64,000 bases of DNA from NCBI GenBank assembly GCA_964446685.1, contig CAYUPO010000007.1:233-64232 (forward strand). Reading direction: 5' to 3'. Origin of the DNA: an uncultured Gammaproteobacteria bacterium (lineage in GTDB: Bacteria > Patescibacteriota > Microgenomatia > Daviesbacterales > UBA10151). This document shows positions 1-9,979 of the stretch, piece after piece. Positions within the stretch are counted from its first letter, which is position 1, and the number at the start of each line of letters is the position of its first letter. Position numbers and translations under genes: made by a program. Under the pieces are notes generated by a model. It was not told where the DNA came from. It was given only the letters and a program-made list of their open reading frames with translations, and searched no databases.

Positions 1-951
1 ATCGCCTCTGGCTTTGGCAAAACCTTTTCTGACAGCATCGCCTTTTCCTCTGCCTTTTCCCTGATTGATCAGACTAATTTTTCTTTGTTTTCCATATTTT
101 GAAATCACTCGCTGGATCTCTTTTTTTGTATTATCGGATGAATTGCCCTCCACAAAAATAATCTCCGTCCATTTTCCCAGCTGAGGGGTCCATTTAACAG
201 CGTTTTCAATATTACCTTCTTCATTGCGAGCCGGGATAATAACTGAAACTGAATATCTCTTTTTCGTTTCTTCAGGCTTTAATCTTGCTACTAAATATTG
301 CACTAAACAAAGCTGCTTTATTAAAGGGAGTCTGGCTATATACTGATTTATAAAGTCTGATAAAAGCGGAATATAAAATGGCATCAGTAAAAAATTACCT
401 TTTTTAACTACTTCCAGCTGACTTAAATTTAATAAATTCTGAATATCAGTCAAAGATAACCAATTTTGTCTAAGATTAGGAAATTTAAATCCTAATTTCT
501 CTGCTAGTACCATGGCAGGTTCCCATAAAAAGTTATAATAAGTCACGATCACCCGTGTCTCAGCATTTGAGACCTTAGCAATTTTTTCAAAAGCAGTCTG
601 GACATCTGAAACATGACCAATGACATCAGAACAAAGAATATAGTCAAATGTTCCTTTAACTGACAACTGCTCCACATCCTGCACTTTAAAATTTAACTGA
701 GGATGTTTTTTTTGAGCTATCTGCACCATCTGAGGAGAGATATCAATCCCTATTCCCTTTTTGGGACGAACATAAGACAGTAAATCTCCATTCCCAGATC
801 CTACAGCCAACACTGAAGCACCCGAAGGCACAAAAAAAGCACACAGTTTGTGTAGCGACTGATGATAATACCAATTCTTTTTCAGGTAATACTCTCTTTT
901 GTGGGCAAGCTGGTCAAAATGATTTTTTACCGCTTTATTATGCAGATCCAT
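1..951 (-). CDS. Bifunctional class I SAM-dependent methyltransferase (N-terminal) / family 2 glycosyltransferase (C-terminal); 3' end runs off the window edge
   Basis: Manual translation from the ATG (reverse complement of 949-951) gives [15 protein letters not shown]...[15 protein letters not shown] (MTase motif I) followed by [21 protein letters not shown]...[15 protein letters not shown] (GT2 DxD-type N-terminal region). The frame stays open to position 1. Absent from the ORF track because it is truncated. Confidence 0.6.
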   Translation of the reverse strand, partial: MDLHNKAVKNHFDQLAHKREYYLKKNWYYHQSLHKLCAFFVPSGASVLAVGSGNGDLLSYVRPKKGIGIDISPQMVQIAQKKHPQLNFKVQDVEQLSVKGTFDYILCSDVIGHVSDVQTAFEKIAKVSNAETRVIVTYYNFLWEPAMVLAEKLGFKFPNLRQNWLSLTDIQNLLNLSQLEVVKKGNFLLMPFYIPLLSDFINQYIARLPLIKQLCLVQYLVARLKPEETKKRYSVSVIIPARNEEGNIENAVKWTPQLGKWTEIIFVEGNSSDNTKKEIQRVISKYGKQRKISLINQGKGRGKGDAVRKGFAKARGD

Positions 952-1900
952 GATAATTTTTCAGATACCATTGTATAGTTTTTTTAATACCTGTCTCAAA
1001 AGAGGTTTTAGCTCTAAATCCAAACTCTTGTTCCGCTTTTGTGACGTCCAATTTTCTTCTTGGTTGACCATTAGGTTTACTAGTGTCCCATTTTATCTCA
1101 CCTTTATAACTAAGTGTTTCTTTAATTAGCTCTGTCAAATCTTTAATGGAAATTTCAAACCCTGATCCCAAGTTAATAGGATCATCTTTATGATAATGTA
1201 CTGCCGCTTGAAGTATACCGTCAGCAGCATCCTCCACATAAAGAAATTCTCTGGTTGGGGATCCATCACCCCAGACTTCAATATAAGGTGTTTTTAACCT
1301 CTTAGCATCAACTACTTTTTTAACGAGTGCAGGAATAACATGAGATGTATCTGGATCAAAGTTATCACCAGGTCCATATAAATTTACTGGTAAGAGATAG
1401 ATACCATTAAACCCAAACTGTTGTCTATATGCCTGAGTCTGAACCAACAACATTTTTTTAGCCAATCCGTACGGCGCATTAGTTTCTTCAGGATACCCAC
1501 TCCATAAGTCGGATTCTTTAAATGGAACCGGAGTGAATTTAGGATAAGCACAAATAGTTCCGATACAGACAAATTTTCCAACTTTATTCACCCTGGCTGC
1601 TTCAATCAGTTCTACTCCCATCATCAGATTGTCATAAAACAAAGTTCCCGGCAAATCAAGATTTTTTCCTATCCCGCCCACATTTCCAGCTAAATGAATT
1701 GTGACATCAATATTTTTTGTCACTTTCCTGCAAACATTTTTCTTTCGCAAATCAAATTCCTTAGAGCGGGGTATTAATATATTTTTTGCCTGAACTCCAT
1801 AATTTAATAATTTTTTTACAACATGACTACCTAAAAAACCACTTCCTCCTGTTACAAGTATTTTTTTATCAACCCAATATTGTTTATCTTTATTTGTCAT
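938..1900 (-). CDS. fcl: GDP-L-fucose synthase (GDP-4-keto-6-deoxy-D-mannose 3,5-epimerase/4-reductase)
   Basis: 320 aa. [15 protein letters not shown] Rossmann motif; [16 protein letters not shown] and [20 protein letters not shown] motifs typical of Fcl/WcaG. Confidence 0.8.
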   Translation of the reverse strand: MTNKDKQYWVDKKILVTGGSGFLGSHVVKKLLNYGVQAKNILIPRSKEFDLRKKNVCRKVTKNIDVTIHLAGNVGGIGKNLDLPGTLFYDNLMMGVELIEAARVNKVGKFVCIGTICAYPKFTPVPFKESDLWSGYPEETNAPYGLAKKMLLVQTQAYRQQFGFNGIYLLPVNLYGPGDNFDPDTSHVIPALVKKVVDAKRLKTPYIEVWGDGSPTREFLYVEDAADGILQAAVHYHKDDPINLGSGFEISIKDLTELIKETLSYKGEIKWDTSKPNGQPRRKLDVTKAEQEFGFRAKTSFETGIKKTIQWYLKNYHGSA

Positions 1901-1935
1901 AACTTACACACCTGATTTAGATTTTTATCAACCAA

Positions 1936-3066
1936 CTATACCAGAGGTCTGGTAATTTTCTCAATCAATAATCGGCTTTTTTTTGTTGAAATTTCCCACT
2001 TAAACTTAGAAGACCAGGACCTGACACCTTTTGACAATGTTTGATATTTTTTATTATTTCTTAACAGTTCTAAAACCAGATCAGACAACATTTCCGGTCT
2101 ATTTATTTTAGTTAGTAATCCGGTCTTTCCATTAATAATCGTATCTTTCAATCCGGCCACATTATAAGCTACAGTTGGAACTCCCATTAAACCAGCTTCC
2201 ATCACAGTTAGGCCCCATCCTTCCCTGACCGAAGGGTTAATCACCAGATATGATTTCCCCAATAATTCAAACTTTTTGCTTTCACTCACAAACCCCCAAA
2301 ATTTAACCTTTTTCGTTAAACCTAATTCAGCAGTTAAAGCTTTTAAATAAACAATATACTCATCATCATGCTTACCTATTACCCAAAATCTAAAATCAGA
2401 ATTTTGTTTAGAAAGCTTAGAAAAAACTATCAAAGCATCTTCAATACCTTTATCCCTGGCTAAGGCACCTATAAAGGTTATAGTATTTTTATCTTTTTTA
2501 AACTGTATACTTTTTTTAGGACCCATAATTCCATTATGGATAACCGTGATATTTTGTTTAGAAATCCCTATCTCTGCTAATTCATTCTTTGTTGAATCAG
2601 AAACTGTCATAAAAGGTATCTTCAGATAAAACAATTTAAAAATATATGGTTCACAAAAAGCTCCAATTTTTCCCACCAATGTTTGCAATGGCTGAGGCAA
2701 TGGATTATATTTCCACACTTCTTTGGTCACTTCATGAATAAAAGCCAATTTTTTAGTTTTAACAAATAAAGGAGTAAAAAAAGGGATTCCATGAAACTGA
2801 TCTATTACCAGATCAAAGTCTTCTTTATTTTGGAAGAGATACCAGATAAATGCCCAAAACTGGACTGAAATTATTTGCCCACCCTTGCGAATAATATTAA
2901 CCCCATCAATAATTTCCTGAGATTTAGCTCCAGGAAAATAGGAAGTAAATAAACTTACCTTATGGCCGGCTTTAATCCAGGCTTTGGCATGCTCATGTGT
3001 CACGATTTCTGCTCCACCGGCATGTGGATGTTTCGGACCCCTCCAGGAAAAAATAAGAATCTTCAT
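1936..3066 (-). CDS. Glycosyltransferase family 4 (GT-B, retaining)
   Basis: 376 aa. C-terminal EGWGLTVMEAGLMGVPTVAYNVAGLKDTI matches the GT4 EX7E region. Confidence 0.8.
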   Translation of the reverse strand: MKILIFSWRGPKHPHAGGAEIVTHEHAKAWIKAGHKVSLFTSYFPGAKSQEIIDGVNIIRKGGQIISVQFWAFIWYLFQNKEDFDLVIDQFHGIPFFTPLFVKTKKLAFIHEVTKEVWKYNPLPQPLQTLVGKIGAFCEPYIFKLFYLKIPFMTVSDSTKNELAEIGISKQNITVIHNGIMGPKKSIQFKKDKNTITFIGALARDKGIEDALIVFSKLSKQNSDFRFWVIGKHDDEYIVYLKALTAELGLTKKVKFWGFVSESKKFELLGKSYLVINPSVREGWGLTVMEAGLMGVPTVAYNVAGLKDTIINGKTGLLTKINRPEMLSDLVLELLRNNKKYQTLSKGVRSWSSKFKWEISTKKSRLLIEKITRPLV

Positions 3067-3071
3067 ATTTT

Positions 3072-3902
3072 TTATCCAACATTAATCCTAAAATCAAGTT
3101 CAGGATCATACTTCCATTTACGCGCACTTTGATCTGAATAATATTTAAGGATTCGTAATCTATAAAAAACTGCCAAAGTGTCACTAAACATGTAAAAAAG
3201 TGTCCTGATAAACTTCTGACTGGTTAAAACCGAGGAACCGCCAAAATCGAGTTTAATTTCAACCGGTGCTTCATAAATCCGCTTGAATCCTAAATAATTG
3301 GCCACCGATAAAATCTCAATATCAAAAGCATAAGCCTTGACTAAAAGACGAGGCAAAACTTTATCTAAAACTTCTCTTCTAAAAACTTTTAACCCAACCT
3401 GGGTATCTGTTATCTTTAATCCAAAAAGCATTCTTACTACCAGCTGATAGCCAAAAGACATTATTCGTCTTTGCCATGGATAATCAACTTTTGACACCGG
3501 ATGTCTTTTGGATCCGACCATCACATCTGCTTTATACCACTCGAAATGTTCTAAAAGCATCGAAAGACCATTTGGATTTAAATCCATCCCAGAATCAATA
3601 AAAGCAATTATATCTCCCCGGCTTTTTGCCATTCCAAAACGGACAGCATAACCTTTTCCTTTATTGGTTTCATACCCTACAACTTTAACATTGCGGTACT
3701 TTTTTGATATTTTTTTCGCCTTTTGAAAAGTTTTATCAAGTAATCCATCAACAACGCAAATTAACTCAGTTTTATATCTGAGTTTACTAAGTACTGTTCG
3801 TATTCTTTGCAAGTCTTTGTAAATTGTTTTTTCTTGTCTGAAGGCAGGTACAATCACAGAAACTAACCTAATTAATTTCTTGCGCGCTTTACGGGGCTTC
3901 AT
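3072..3902 (-). CDS. GT2 polyprenyl-phosphate sugar synthase-like (DPM1/ArnC-like)
   Basis: 276 aa. VSVIVPAFRQEKTI...CVVDGLLDKT...DSGMD, then a hydrophobic C-terminus. Confidence 0.7.
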   Translation of the reverse strand: MKPRKARKKLIRLVSVIVPAFRQEKTIYKDLQRIRTVLSKLRYKTELICVVDGLLDKTFQKAKKISKKYRNVKVVGYETNKGKGYAVRFGMAKSRGDIIAFIDSGMDLNPNGLSMLLEHFEWYKADVMVGSKRHPVSKVDYPWQRRIMSFGYQLVVRMLFGLKITDTQVGLKVFRREVLDKVLPRLLVKAYAFDIEILSVANYLGFKRIYEAPVEIKLDFGGSSVLTSQKFIRTLFYMFSDTLAVFYRLRILKYYSDQSARKWKYDPELDFRINVG

Positions 3903-3903
3903 C

Positions 3904-5163
3904 TTAATTATCTTTAGACAGATCGCTTATCCGAGCTGCTAAAAAGTATACTGACAGACTGACAAATAATAAAGTAGCAACGCTGACTGAAACCCAGACC
4001 ACCTGTGTGATAGTCTGATGAAATAAATTAATCCCAATCAACTGCAAAACAGCCGCAACTAAGGGAAATATCACTACTTTATTATGATTAACAGATAAAA
4101 AGAAATTTATAAATAACCCGCATAAGGCTAAAAATCCAGTAAACAGTGCATACGGCACTAGAAGTCCAATTCCGGCAAAATATTTCTCCCCGTATAACAG
4201 AGAAAGTACAAACTGAGGAAAAAGAAAATACATCAAAATAACACCTGATACTACAGCCGCTGTTGCGCCAATACTAAGTAAAAACATCGAAACATATTTT
4301 TCACCGGCAACATATCTTTTGGCAACCAATGGAAACATTACTGTTGAAACAGGAGCACTGGCAAATAAAATAATTTTACCGAGAGTAGAAACAGCAGCAA
4401 AAATTCCGGCTTCAAAACTGGAGAAAAAATGTTTGACGAGTACCAGATCAATTGTCATCAGCGAAGTCATAGCTACAGTTTGAATGAGTACAGGTAATGT
4501 AAAATTAAAAATATTTTTAGTATGTACTTTTTCAGTTGTCTGTATTTCCCGGTAATGCTTTAAAAAGAAAAATCCAGCAAGCCAGCCCGTAATAATAGCA
4601 ATTACTAAACCAACCATTGCCCCCATTACTCCAAAACCAAGCATTACAAACAATACGCCAGCAACAAGTTTCATTCCGGTTTCAGAAATAAGACCGATTA
4701 CCACCAAATGAAACTTGATCAATCCCTGTAGAACAGACCGATATAAATAAGCTGGCAGTCCAAACAGAAAAGAAACTGCAATCAGAATAATTCCTAAAGT
4801 ATGCGGAGTATTTAAATAATCAGCTAAAAAAGGTGAAAATGCAGCAGTACCCAGTGCTAATACAACCGACATGTAAAAAACCGGTTTAGTAAACCATTTC
4901 AGATAGGCAGCTGCTTCCTGATCATTTTTTGATGAAGCCACAAATTTAATAATTACTGTTCCAAACGACAATGGAACAACCGACAAAAGCCCAATCAGAG
5001 AAAAGAATGCCGATAACTCGCCATAAGAAGCAGGCCCCAGCAGTCTGCCCATTAATAAATGATAGAGATAATTGATTACATTAGTACTATTTGTACCAAT
5101 AATCATAATAAAACTTGAGGAAAATAAAGGATGTGATATGGCCCGTTTAATTATTTTTTTCAT
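3904..5163 (-). CDS. Oligosaccharide flippase, MOP superfamily (Wzx-like polysaccharide biosynthesis protein)
   Basis: About 12 predicted TM segments; the N-terminal ...GRLLGPASYGELSAFFSLIGLL motif is typical of Polysacc_synt. Start moved to the internal ATG (MKKIIKRAI), which forms an ATGA stop-start overlap with the upstream gene at 5160-5163. Confidence 0.6.
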   Translation of the reverse strand: MKKIIKRAISHPLFSSSFIMIIGTNSTNVINYLYHLLMGRLLGPASYGELSAFFSLIGLLSVVPLSFGTVIIKFVASSKNDQEAAAYLKWFTKPVFYMSVVLALGTAAFSPFLADYLNTPHTLGIILIAVSFLFGLPAYLYRSVLQGLIKFHLVVIGLISETGMKLVAGVLFVMLGFGVMGAMVGLVIAIITGWLAGFFFLKHYREIQTTEKVHTKNIFNFTLPVLIQTVAMTSLMTIDLVLVKHFFSSFEAGIFAAVSTLGKIILFASAPVSTVMFPLVAKRYVAGEKYVSMFLLSIGATAAVVSGVILMYFLFPQFVLSLLYGEKYFAGIGLLVPYALFTGFLALCGLFINFFLSVNHNKVVIFPLVAAVLQLIGINLFHQTITQVVWVSVSVATLLFVSLSVYFLAARISDLSKDN

Positions 5164-6413
5164 GCCACCCAGTACCCCCTTATAAATAAAATCGTAAAGA
5201 AACCCAGCATCAGACCCATTAACATAAACATAATTATCTGGATTATTCTTGGTAATTTTTCTATTAACAAAGCCCAAATAATAAATACCGGAAATACTAC
5301 CAAAACATAGCGCGATCCGGATGAAAAACTACCCTGAATCGTTGGCAATAAGATACTGGCTAAGGCATAAAATAAATATGAAATTCTAATTTTTTTAAAG
5401 TAGCCTACAATCACAAGTAATACAAAGGAAACAGTACTTACAAACTCAAGCAAAAAAGAGGCTAAAAATGTATTCACTTCCTGATAATGGATCAGAATAT
5501 TGAGATATCTGTAGACCACCTGAGGAAATAATATTATTCCTTTACCTCTGTGCTCCCCTATGATTGACTGAAGATTATAAAATGCCAGTGGATCACCAAC
5601 ACTCCACCATAAATAAGCCATATAAAGAAGCAATCCTCCTGGAATCAGCAATAAAGGAAAACTTTCTTTTAAAGATTTTTTTGACAGCCATAGATCAATT
5701 ATCAAAGACAAAAATAATAGCACACCAAATACTCTGGTAAATGATGCCAAAAACCCACAAACAGCAGCCAGCCAAAAATTATTCTTGCGGTAAAAATAAA
5801 ATGTTGCCACCGATAAAAAAAGAAACAAACTTTCGGTATAAAATGCAGCAAAGAAAAAAGAAGTCGGAAATAACAGTAAAAGCAATAAAGTCCGCCAGGC
5901 TATTTGACTAGAATAATCAAGTCTGGCAAGTTTAAAAAGCAAATATAAACTTCCAAGAAAACAAAGATGTGATATAACGAGGCCACTAAGAACTGCAGAC
6001 AAAAAATCAGTCTTTGAAAAAAATATTCCTATATGCACTAATAATGGATATAAAGGGAAAAAAGCCTGCTCCAGACTTTGATATCCTCTTAGCGCAATTG
6101 ATAGATAATGCTCACCATCATAATTTGCCCAGGGCATCAGATAAAAAAACTGGTTATACAACTGATAACCACCACCTAAAAAATTTCTGGAAAAAAGGGG
6201 CACAAAGATAAATCCCACTAAACCTACCACAAATAAAAATATCCTCCAGACGAGGAATAATCCACCTATTATCAGTATTTCCGGAGAAAGTTTATTTGTG
6301 AAGCGTAGTACCTCGAAAGCTTGCTTCGAGGATGAAGCGAGCAAAGAACTTGCCTTTAGAATACCTCTTAGCTTGCTGTTAGGTAGTTCATTTTTGAGAA
6401 ATTGCATATTCAT
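5160..6413 (-). CDS. Polytopic membrane protein, putative GT-C-type glycosyltransferase
   Basis: 417 aa and highly hydrophobic. Its N-terminus overlaps the 3' end of the upstream GT4 by 26 bp, so the true start is uncertain. Confidence 0.5.
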   Translation of the reverse strand: MNMQFLKNELPNSKLRGILKASSLLASSSKQAFEVLRFTNKLSPEILIIGGLFLVWRIFLFVVGLVGFIFVPLFSRNFLGGGYQLYNQFFYLMPWANYDGEHYLSIALRGYQSLEQAFFPLYPLLVHIGIFFSKTDFLSAVLSGLVISHLCFLGSLYLLFKLARLDYSSQIAWRTLLLLLLFPTSFFFAAFYTESLFLFLSVATFYFYRKNNFWLAAVCGFLASFTRVFGVLLFLSLIIDLWLSKKSLKESFPLLLIPGGLLLYMAYLWWSVGDPLAFYNLQSIIGEHRGKGIILFPQVVYRYLNILIHYQEVNTFLASFLLEFVSTVSFVLLVIVGYFKKIRISYLFYALASILLPTIQGSFSSGSRYVLVVFPVFIIWALLIEKLPRIIQIIMFMLMGLMLGFFTILFIRGYWVA

Positions 6414-7425
6414 AAACTTTTACGGTATCCTGCGCTGTTTTTTCCCAGGAAAATCGGCTTAAATTTTCAGTTCCTTTTTTTATCAAACCTTTTCTGTATT
6501 CGGCTTCTTGCAACTTAATCACCGCATCAGTGATCTCTGATCCGACAGCTGAATCTACTATTATACCGCCATCACCGACGACCTCTTTTAATGATGAATT
6601 ATTGCTGGTAATAACAGCCGTTTTACATGCCTGTGCTTCAAGGACAGGTAATCCAAAACCTTCATAATGAGACACCAATATTAAAGCCTGTGCAGCATTC
6701 ATCAGTCCTACTAAATCTTCATTAGGAATAAATCCCAGTATTTTAACTCCAGGATGATTTGAATACTTCTCTTTAAATTCTCTGAAGGGATTCAGCTCAG
6801 GATGATTTAAATCGCCTTTTGTTTCAAAACCACCTCCCACTAATACCAAAGGGACCTCTGCATCAATCACAGCCTGCGTCATTCTAACAAGATTCTTATT
6901 CCAGTTAACTCCTCCAGTATAGATGACAAAATTTTTCGGCAATTGGTACTTTAAACGTATGCGCTCTACTTCAGGAAGGGGAAGCGGTTTAAAATGATCC
7001 GCTTGAGACAAATATACGGTAAATACTTTTGCTTTCGGCAGATTAAAAACTTTGATGGCATCCTGAGTGGAAGTCTTGGAATCCGTAATAATCGCTTTGA
7101 CTTTTCTCAACGATAATTTTTGTCTTAGTAAATTAACTTTCCCTTTAAGCCCTGATGGATAATGAGTTGGAAATAAGAGCGGTATCACATCATGTATAGT
7201 AACAACTGTCGGGATATGAGAATTAACATTTAGTGTAGGACGAAAGAAATCAAAAAAAGGGAAATGAATTATATCCGCCTCAATATTTTCATTTTTATTT
7301 TCCAGAATACACACTTCCCAATCAGTATATTTTCGCAAAGCTTTAATCAGATTTTCTGTATAAAAACCAATTCCCCTCCCCTTACTCTGACTATCCATGG
7401 CAGAAATATCGATTGCTACTTTCAT
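6388..7425 (-). CDS. Glycosyltransferase family 4
   Basis: 345 aa. EGFGLPVLEAQACKTAVITSNNSSLKEVVGDGG C-terminal GT4 motif. Confidence 0.8.
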   Translation of the reverse strand: MKVAIDISAMDSQSKGRGIGFYTENLIKALRKYTDWEVCILENKNENIEADIIHFPFFDFFRPTLNVNSHIPTVVTIHDVIPLLFPTHYPSGLKGKVNLLRQKLSLRKVKAIITDSKTSTQDAIKVFNLPKAKVFTVYLSQADHFKPLPLPEVERIRLKYQLPKNFVIYTGGVNWNKNLVRMTQAVIDAEVPLVLVGGGFETKGDLNHPELNPFREFKEKYSNHPGVKILGFIPNEDLVGLMNAAQALILVSHYEGFGLPVLEAQACKTAVITSNNSSLKEVVGDGGIIVDSAVGSEITDAVIKLQEAEYRKGLIKKGTENLSRFSWEKTAQDTVKVYEYAISQK

Positions 7426-8282
7426 TTAGACAAATACCTCCAGTAAGCTCTGGGAAACCGTAAGGCTGAGAAAAAGGAAAAAATAATCCCCTGTACTCCA
7501 TCCAGTATTCCTTTATGACGAATTGTTGTCATCAAAAACCAGACAACCGGTTTAACTATTTCATAATTTAAAAAATTAATCAGATTTTTTTTGACTTTCT
7601 GCTCCTTTAACTGAGTTGCTAAAAGATCAATATACCGGCTATTTCGCTTAATATATCTTTCAAAGGTAGGTGAATCAACATGCAGCAAATCATGTTGCAA
7701 CCAGCCCACTTTACCACTGACAACCATCTGTTCATGAACATCTTTAGCCGGAAGATAAGCTTTATTCCGTTTAAATAAACGAATTACTCCATCCGGATAA
7801 ACTCCTCCATACCGTAAATACTTTCCCAAGAAATAATTTAGCCGGGGGAAAAAGAAAGCTACATACTCATCTTTATCATTTCCTATTGCACCATCCCGCT
7901 GTTCCAGCAGCAATTGATGCCGCTTAAACAACTGTTTGTTTTTTAAAGTCTGCTGGTATCTAGAAATTTCATCATCAGTCATTTGGATCAACTTTATTAT
8001 CTCTTTGGCCAGGTCTGAGGAAACTCTCTCGTCAGCATCTAAGTATAAAATCCATTCTCCTTTTGCCAGATCAAATGATTTTTGCTTATTGATATGAAAA
8101 TTGGGATGATTTTCAGTAACAACAACTTTCGCTCCAAATTGTTTGGCAATTTCCACAGTTTTGTCTTCTGATGTTCCATCTACGATGATTATTTCATCCG
8201 CAATTCCTTTGACAGAAGACAGACAATCAGCAATATTTGATTCTTCATTATAAGTAGCAATCGCCACCGAAAGTTTTGTCAT
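7422..8282 (-). CDS. Glycosyltransferase family 2 with C-terminal extension (LPS-core GT2-like)
   Basis: LSVAIATYNEESNI...IIVDGTSEDKT...LYLDADERV. Paralogous to the GT2s at 22524..23354 and 25984..26889. Confidence 0.75.
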   Translation of the reverse strand: MTKLSVAIATYNEESNIADCLSSVKGIADEIIIVDGTSEDKTVEIAKQFGAKVVVTENHPNFHINKQKSFDLAKGEWILYLDADERVSSDLAKEIIKLIQMTDDEISRYQQTLKNKQLFKRHQLLLEQRDGAIGNDKDEYVAFFFPRLNYFLGKYLRYGGVYPDGVIRLFKRNKAYLPAKDVHEQMVVSGKVGWLQHDLLHVDSPTFERYIKRNSRYIDLLATQLKEQKVKKNLINFLNYEIVKPVVWFLMTTIRHKGILDGVQGIIFSFFSALRFPRAYWRYLSK

Positions 8283-8284
8283 AA

Positions 8285-9979
8285 TTAGGTTTTTATGAAA
8301 ACAAAGGCATCTTCACCATTAGGATACTTCACTGAATCAATTATATCTCTTCCAGGGGGGACTTCTTTTGGTGTAACAATAAATAAAGTGTCTTTGCTTT
8401 GTAATATCTCTTCTGGAGTAACTGCTTTGAATTGAAATTTATCAAAATCCCTGACTGTCCCAAAATTAAATTTATCTCTTTCTGATAATTTAAGTTTCCC
8501 CTGATAATCTGACGAATTAAATGGCACTCCATTCTGCTGAGCTAACATCGCTTTGTAAAATAAAACTAAAATATATGGCTGATCATATCTGTCTGTCACT
8601 ACAACTTTAGAAAACTTTTGTTCCTGATTACCCATTTTACCAACCATCTCTTTAAATCCATATTCCCAGGCTAATGGATACCTTTTAGGTGAATGAATAT
8701 AATAACTTTCCAGATAATGAGTCATTTCAAAACCAATCCAGACAAAAATAAATATTGCCATTAGATATCCTAGACCTTTCAAATATTTTAAATTCCAAAG
8801 TTTATCAATAATCGCAGACATCCCAAGCCCCATCATCAGTACCAATGGAATTACCATCAGCAAAGCCCTGACCGCATTTGGAGTCTGATAAGTCATTGAT
8901 GATGCTAAAGGAGAAACAAATAACCAGAGTAAAACTAACCATTTAGTCTTGGATTCACTTTTTATTAAAACAAACAGACCAATTACTAAAAATAAGGCCA
9001 TTATCAGATAAAACTGCCCTGTTTCAGGTGTTTTATTGCGGATAATAGGATCCCCGTTAATAAACAAAAAATCGCCTTTAAAATGATCAACATAATGTCC
9101 AAAAAACTGGGGAGCAAAAGCCGTCAGTTTATTATGAAAAATCTTGGCTTGAGTGGACCCAAGATCTGCATGCTGACCCCTTAATTCATTTAACCTGTTT
9201 TCAGGTCCTTTATCGGATAAAAATGATAAACCGGCAAATCGGGCTGATCCTGACCCGCCCAAAAATTGAAATGCCAAAGGTACTGCTAAAACAGATAAGA
9301 CAGTCAAAATAATTACATAACTTTTTATTATTTTTTGATTATTTTTGACCTGATGAAAAAGATTTTTAAAATAAAGTAACAGCATACCTAACACCAGCAC
9401 CGGCACAACCAGTCTGGGACTTTGATAAGTGTACATGGCAATCAAAAATGACAGGAAAGAAAAAAACAGATACCACGGATCCCCCAGCTTCTTTATAAAC
9501 AAATAGACTCCCAGACATATAAAAAAAGTTGCAGCATTAGTTTCCCAACTACCTCTGGAAAAATGAATATGCCAGGGAGTTATCGCAAGAATCAGTGAAG
9601 ATGCTAAAGCAGGTCCTTTTTGGTTAAAAAGCTCTTTTGCTAGAAAATAGACTAACAAGACCGTTCCTATTCCAAATAAGGCTGATGGCAGTCTGAGTGC
9701 AAATTCATTAATCCCCAGTGACGCAATAAATGGCATCACCATATAAAAATAAAGCCCCGGTTTATAATCACCAAACGAGACAAATGACAGCGGCCACGGG
9801 TTACCATATTCATCTTTCCCTGTCTGCAACAGAGAATAAGCGTTGTAACCAATTGCTGCTTCATCCGCATTAAGGCCTGACGGATAATCCGCTATACCAG
9901 GAATCCGCAGTAAAGCCGCTAATATGACAATTAGCCCCAACAACACCTTAATACTTAATACTTTCCCCTTAATACTCAT
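8285..9979 (-). CDS. GT-C glycosyltransferase, PMT_2/GT39 (ArnT-like) family; paralog 1 of 6
   Basis: 564 aa. N-terminal ADEAAIGYNAYSLLQTGKDEYGNPWPLSFVSFGDYKPGLYFY motif, about 11 TM segments, then a soluble C-terminal domain. Confidence 0.75.
   Translation of the reverse strand: MSIKGKVLSIKVLLGLIVILAALLRIPGIADYPSGLNADEAAIGYNAYSLLQTGKDEYGNPWPLSFVSFGDYKPGLYFYMVMPFIASLGINEFALRLPSALFGIGTVLLVYFLAKELFNQKGPALASSLILAITPWHIHFSRGSWETNAATFFICLGVYLFIKKLGDPWYLFFSFLSFLIAMYTYQSPRLVVPVLVLGMLLLYFKNLFHQVKNNQKIIKSYVIILTVLSVLAVPLAFQFLGGSGSARFAGLSFLSDKGPENRLNELRGQHADLGSTQAKIFHNKLTAFAPQFFGHYVDHFKGDFLFINGDPIIRNKTPETGQFYLIMALFLVIGLFVLIKSESKTKWLVLLWLFVSPLASSMTYQTPNAVRALLMVIPLVLMMGLGMSAIIDKLWNLKYLKGLGYLMAIFIFVWIGFEMTHYLESYYIHSPKRYPLAWEYGFKEMVGKMGNQEQKFSKVVVTDRYDQPYILVLFYKAMLAQQNGVPFNSSDYQGKLKLSERDKFNFGTVRDFDKFQFKAVTPEEILQSKDTLFIVTPKEVPPGRDIIDSVKYPNGEDAFVFIKT

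Noticed and set aside
6290-6350. Strong hairpin (CCTCGAA-AGCTTGC-TTCGAGG) and GAAGCG repeats as a possible regulatory RNA
   Set aside because: It lies inside the annotated 5' end of ORF 5160..6413 and overlaps the 3' end of the GT4 gene. With an ambiguous start codon it cannot be distinguished from a coding or overlap region.
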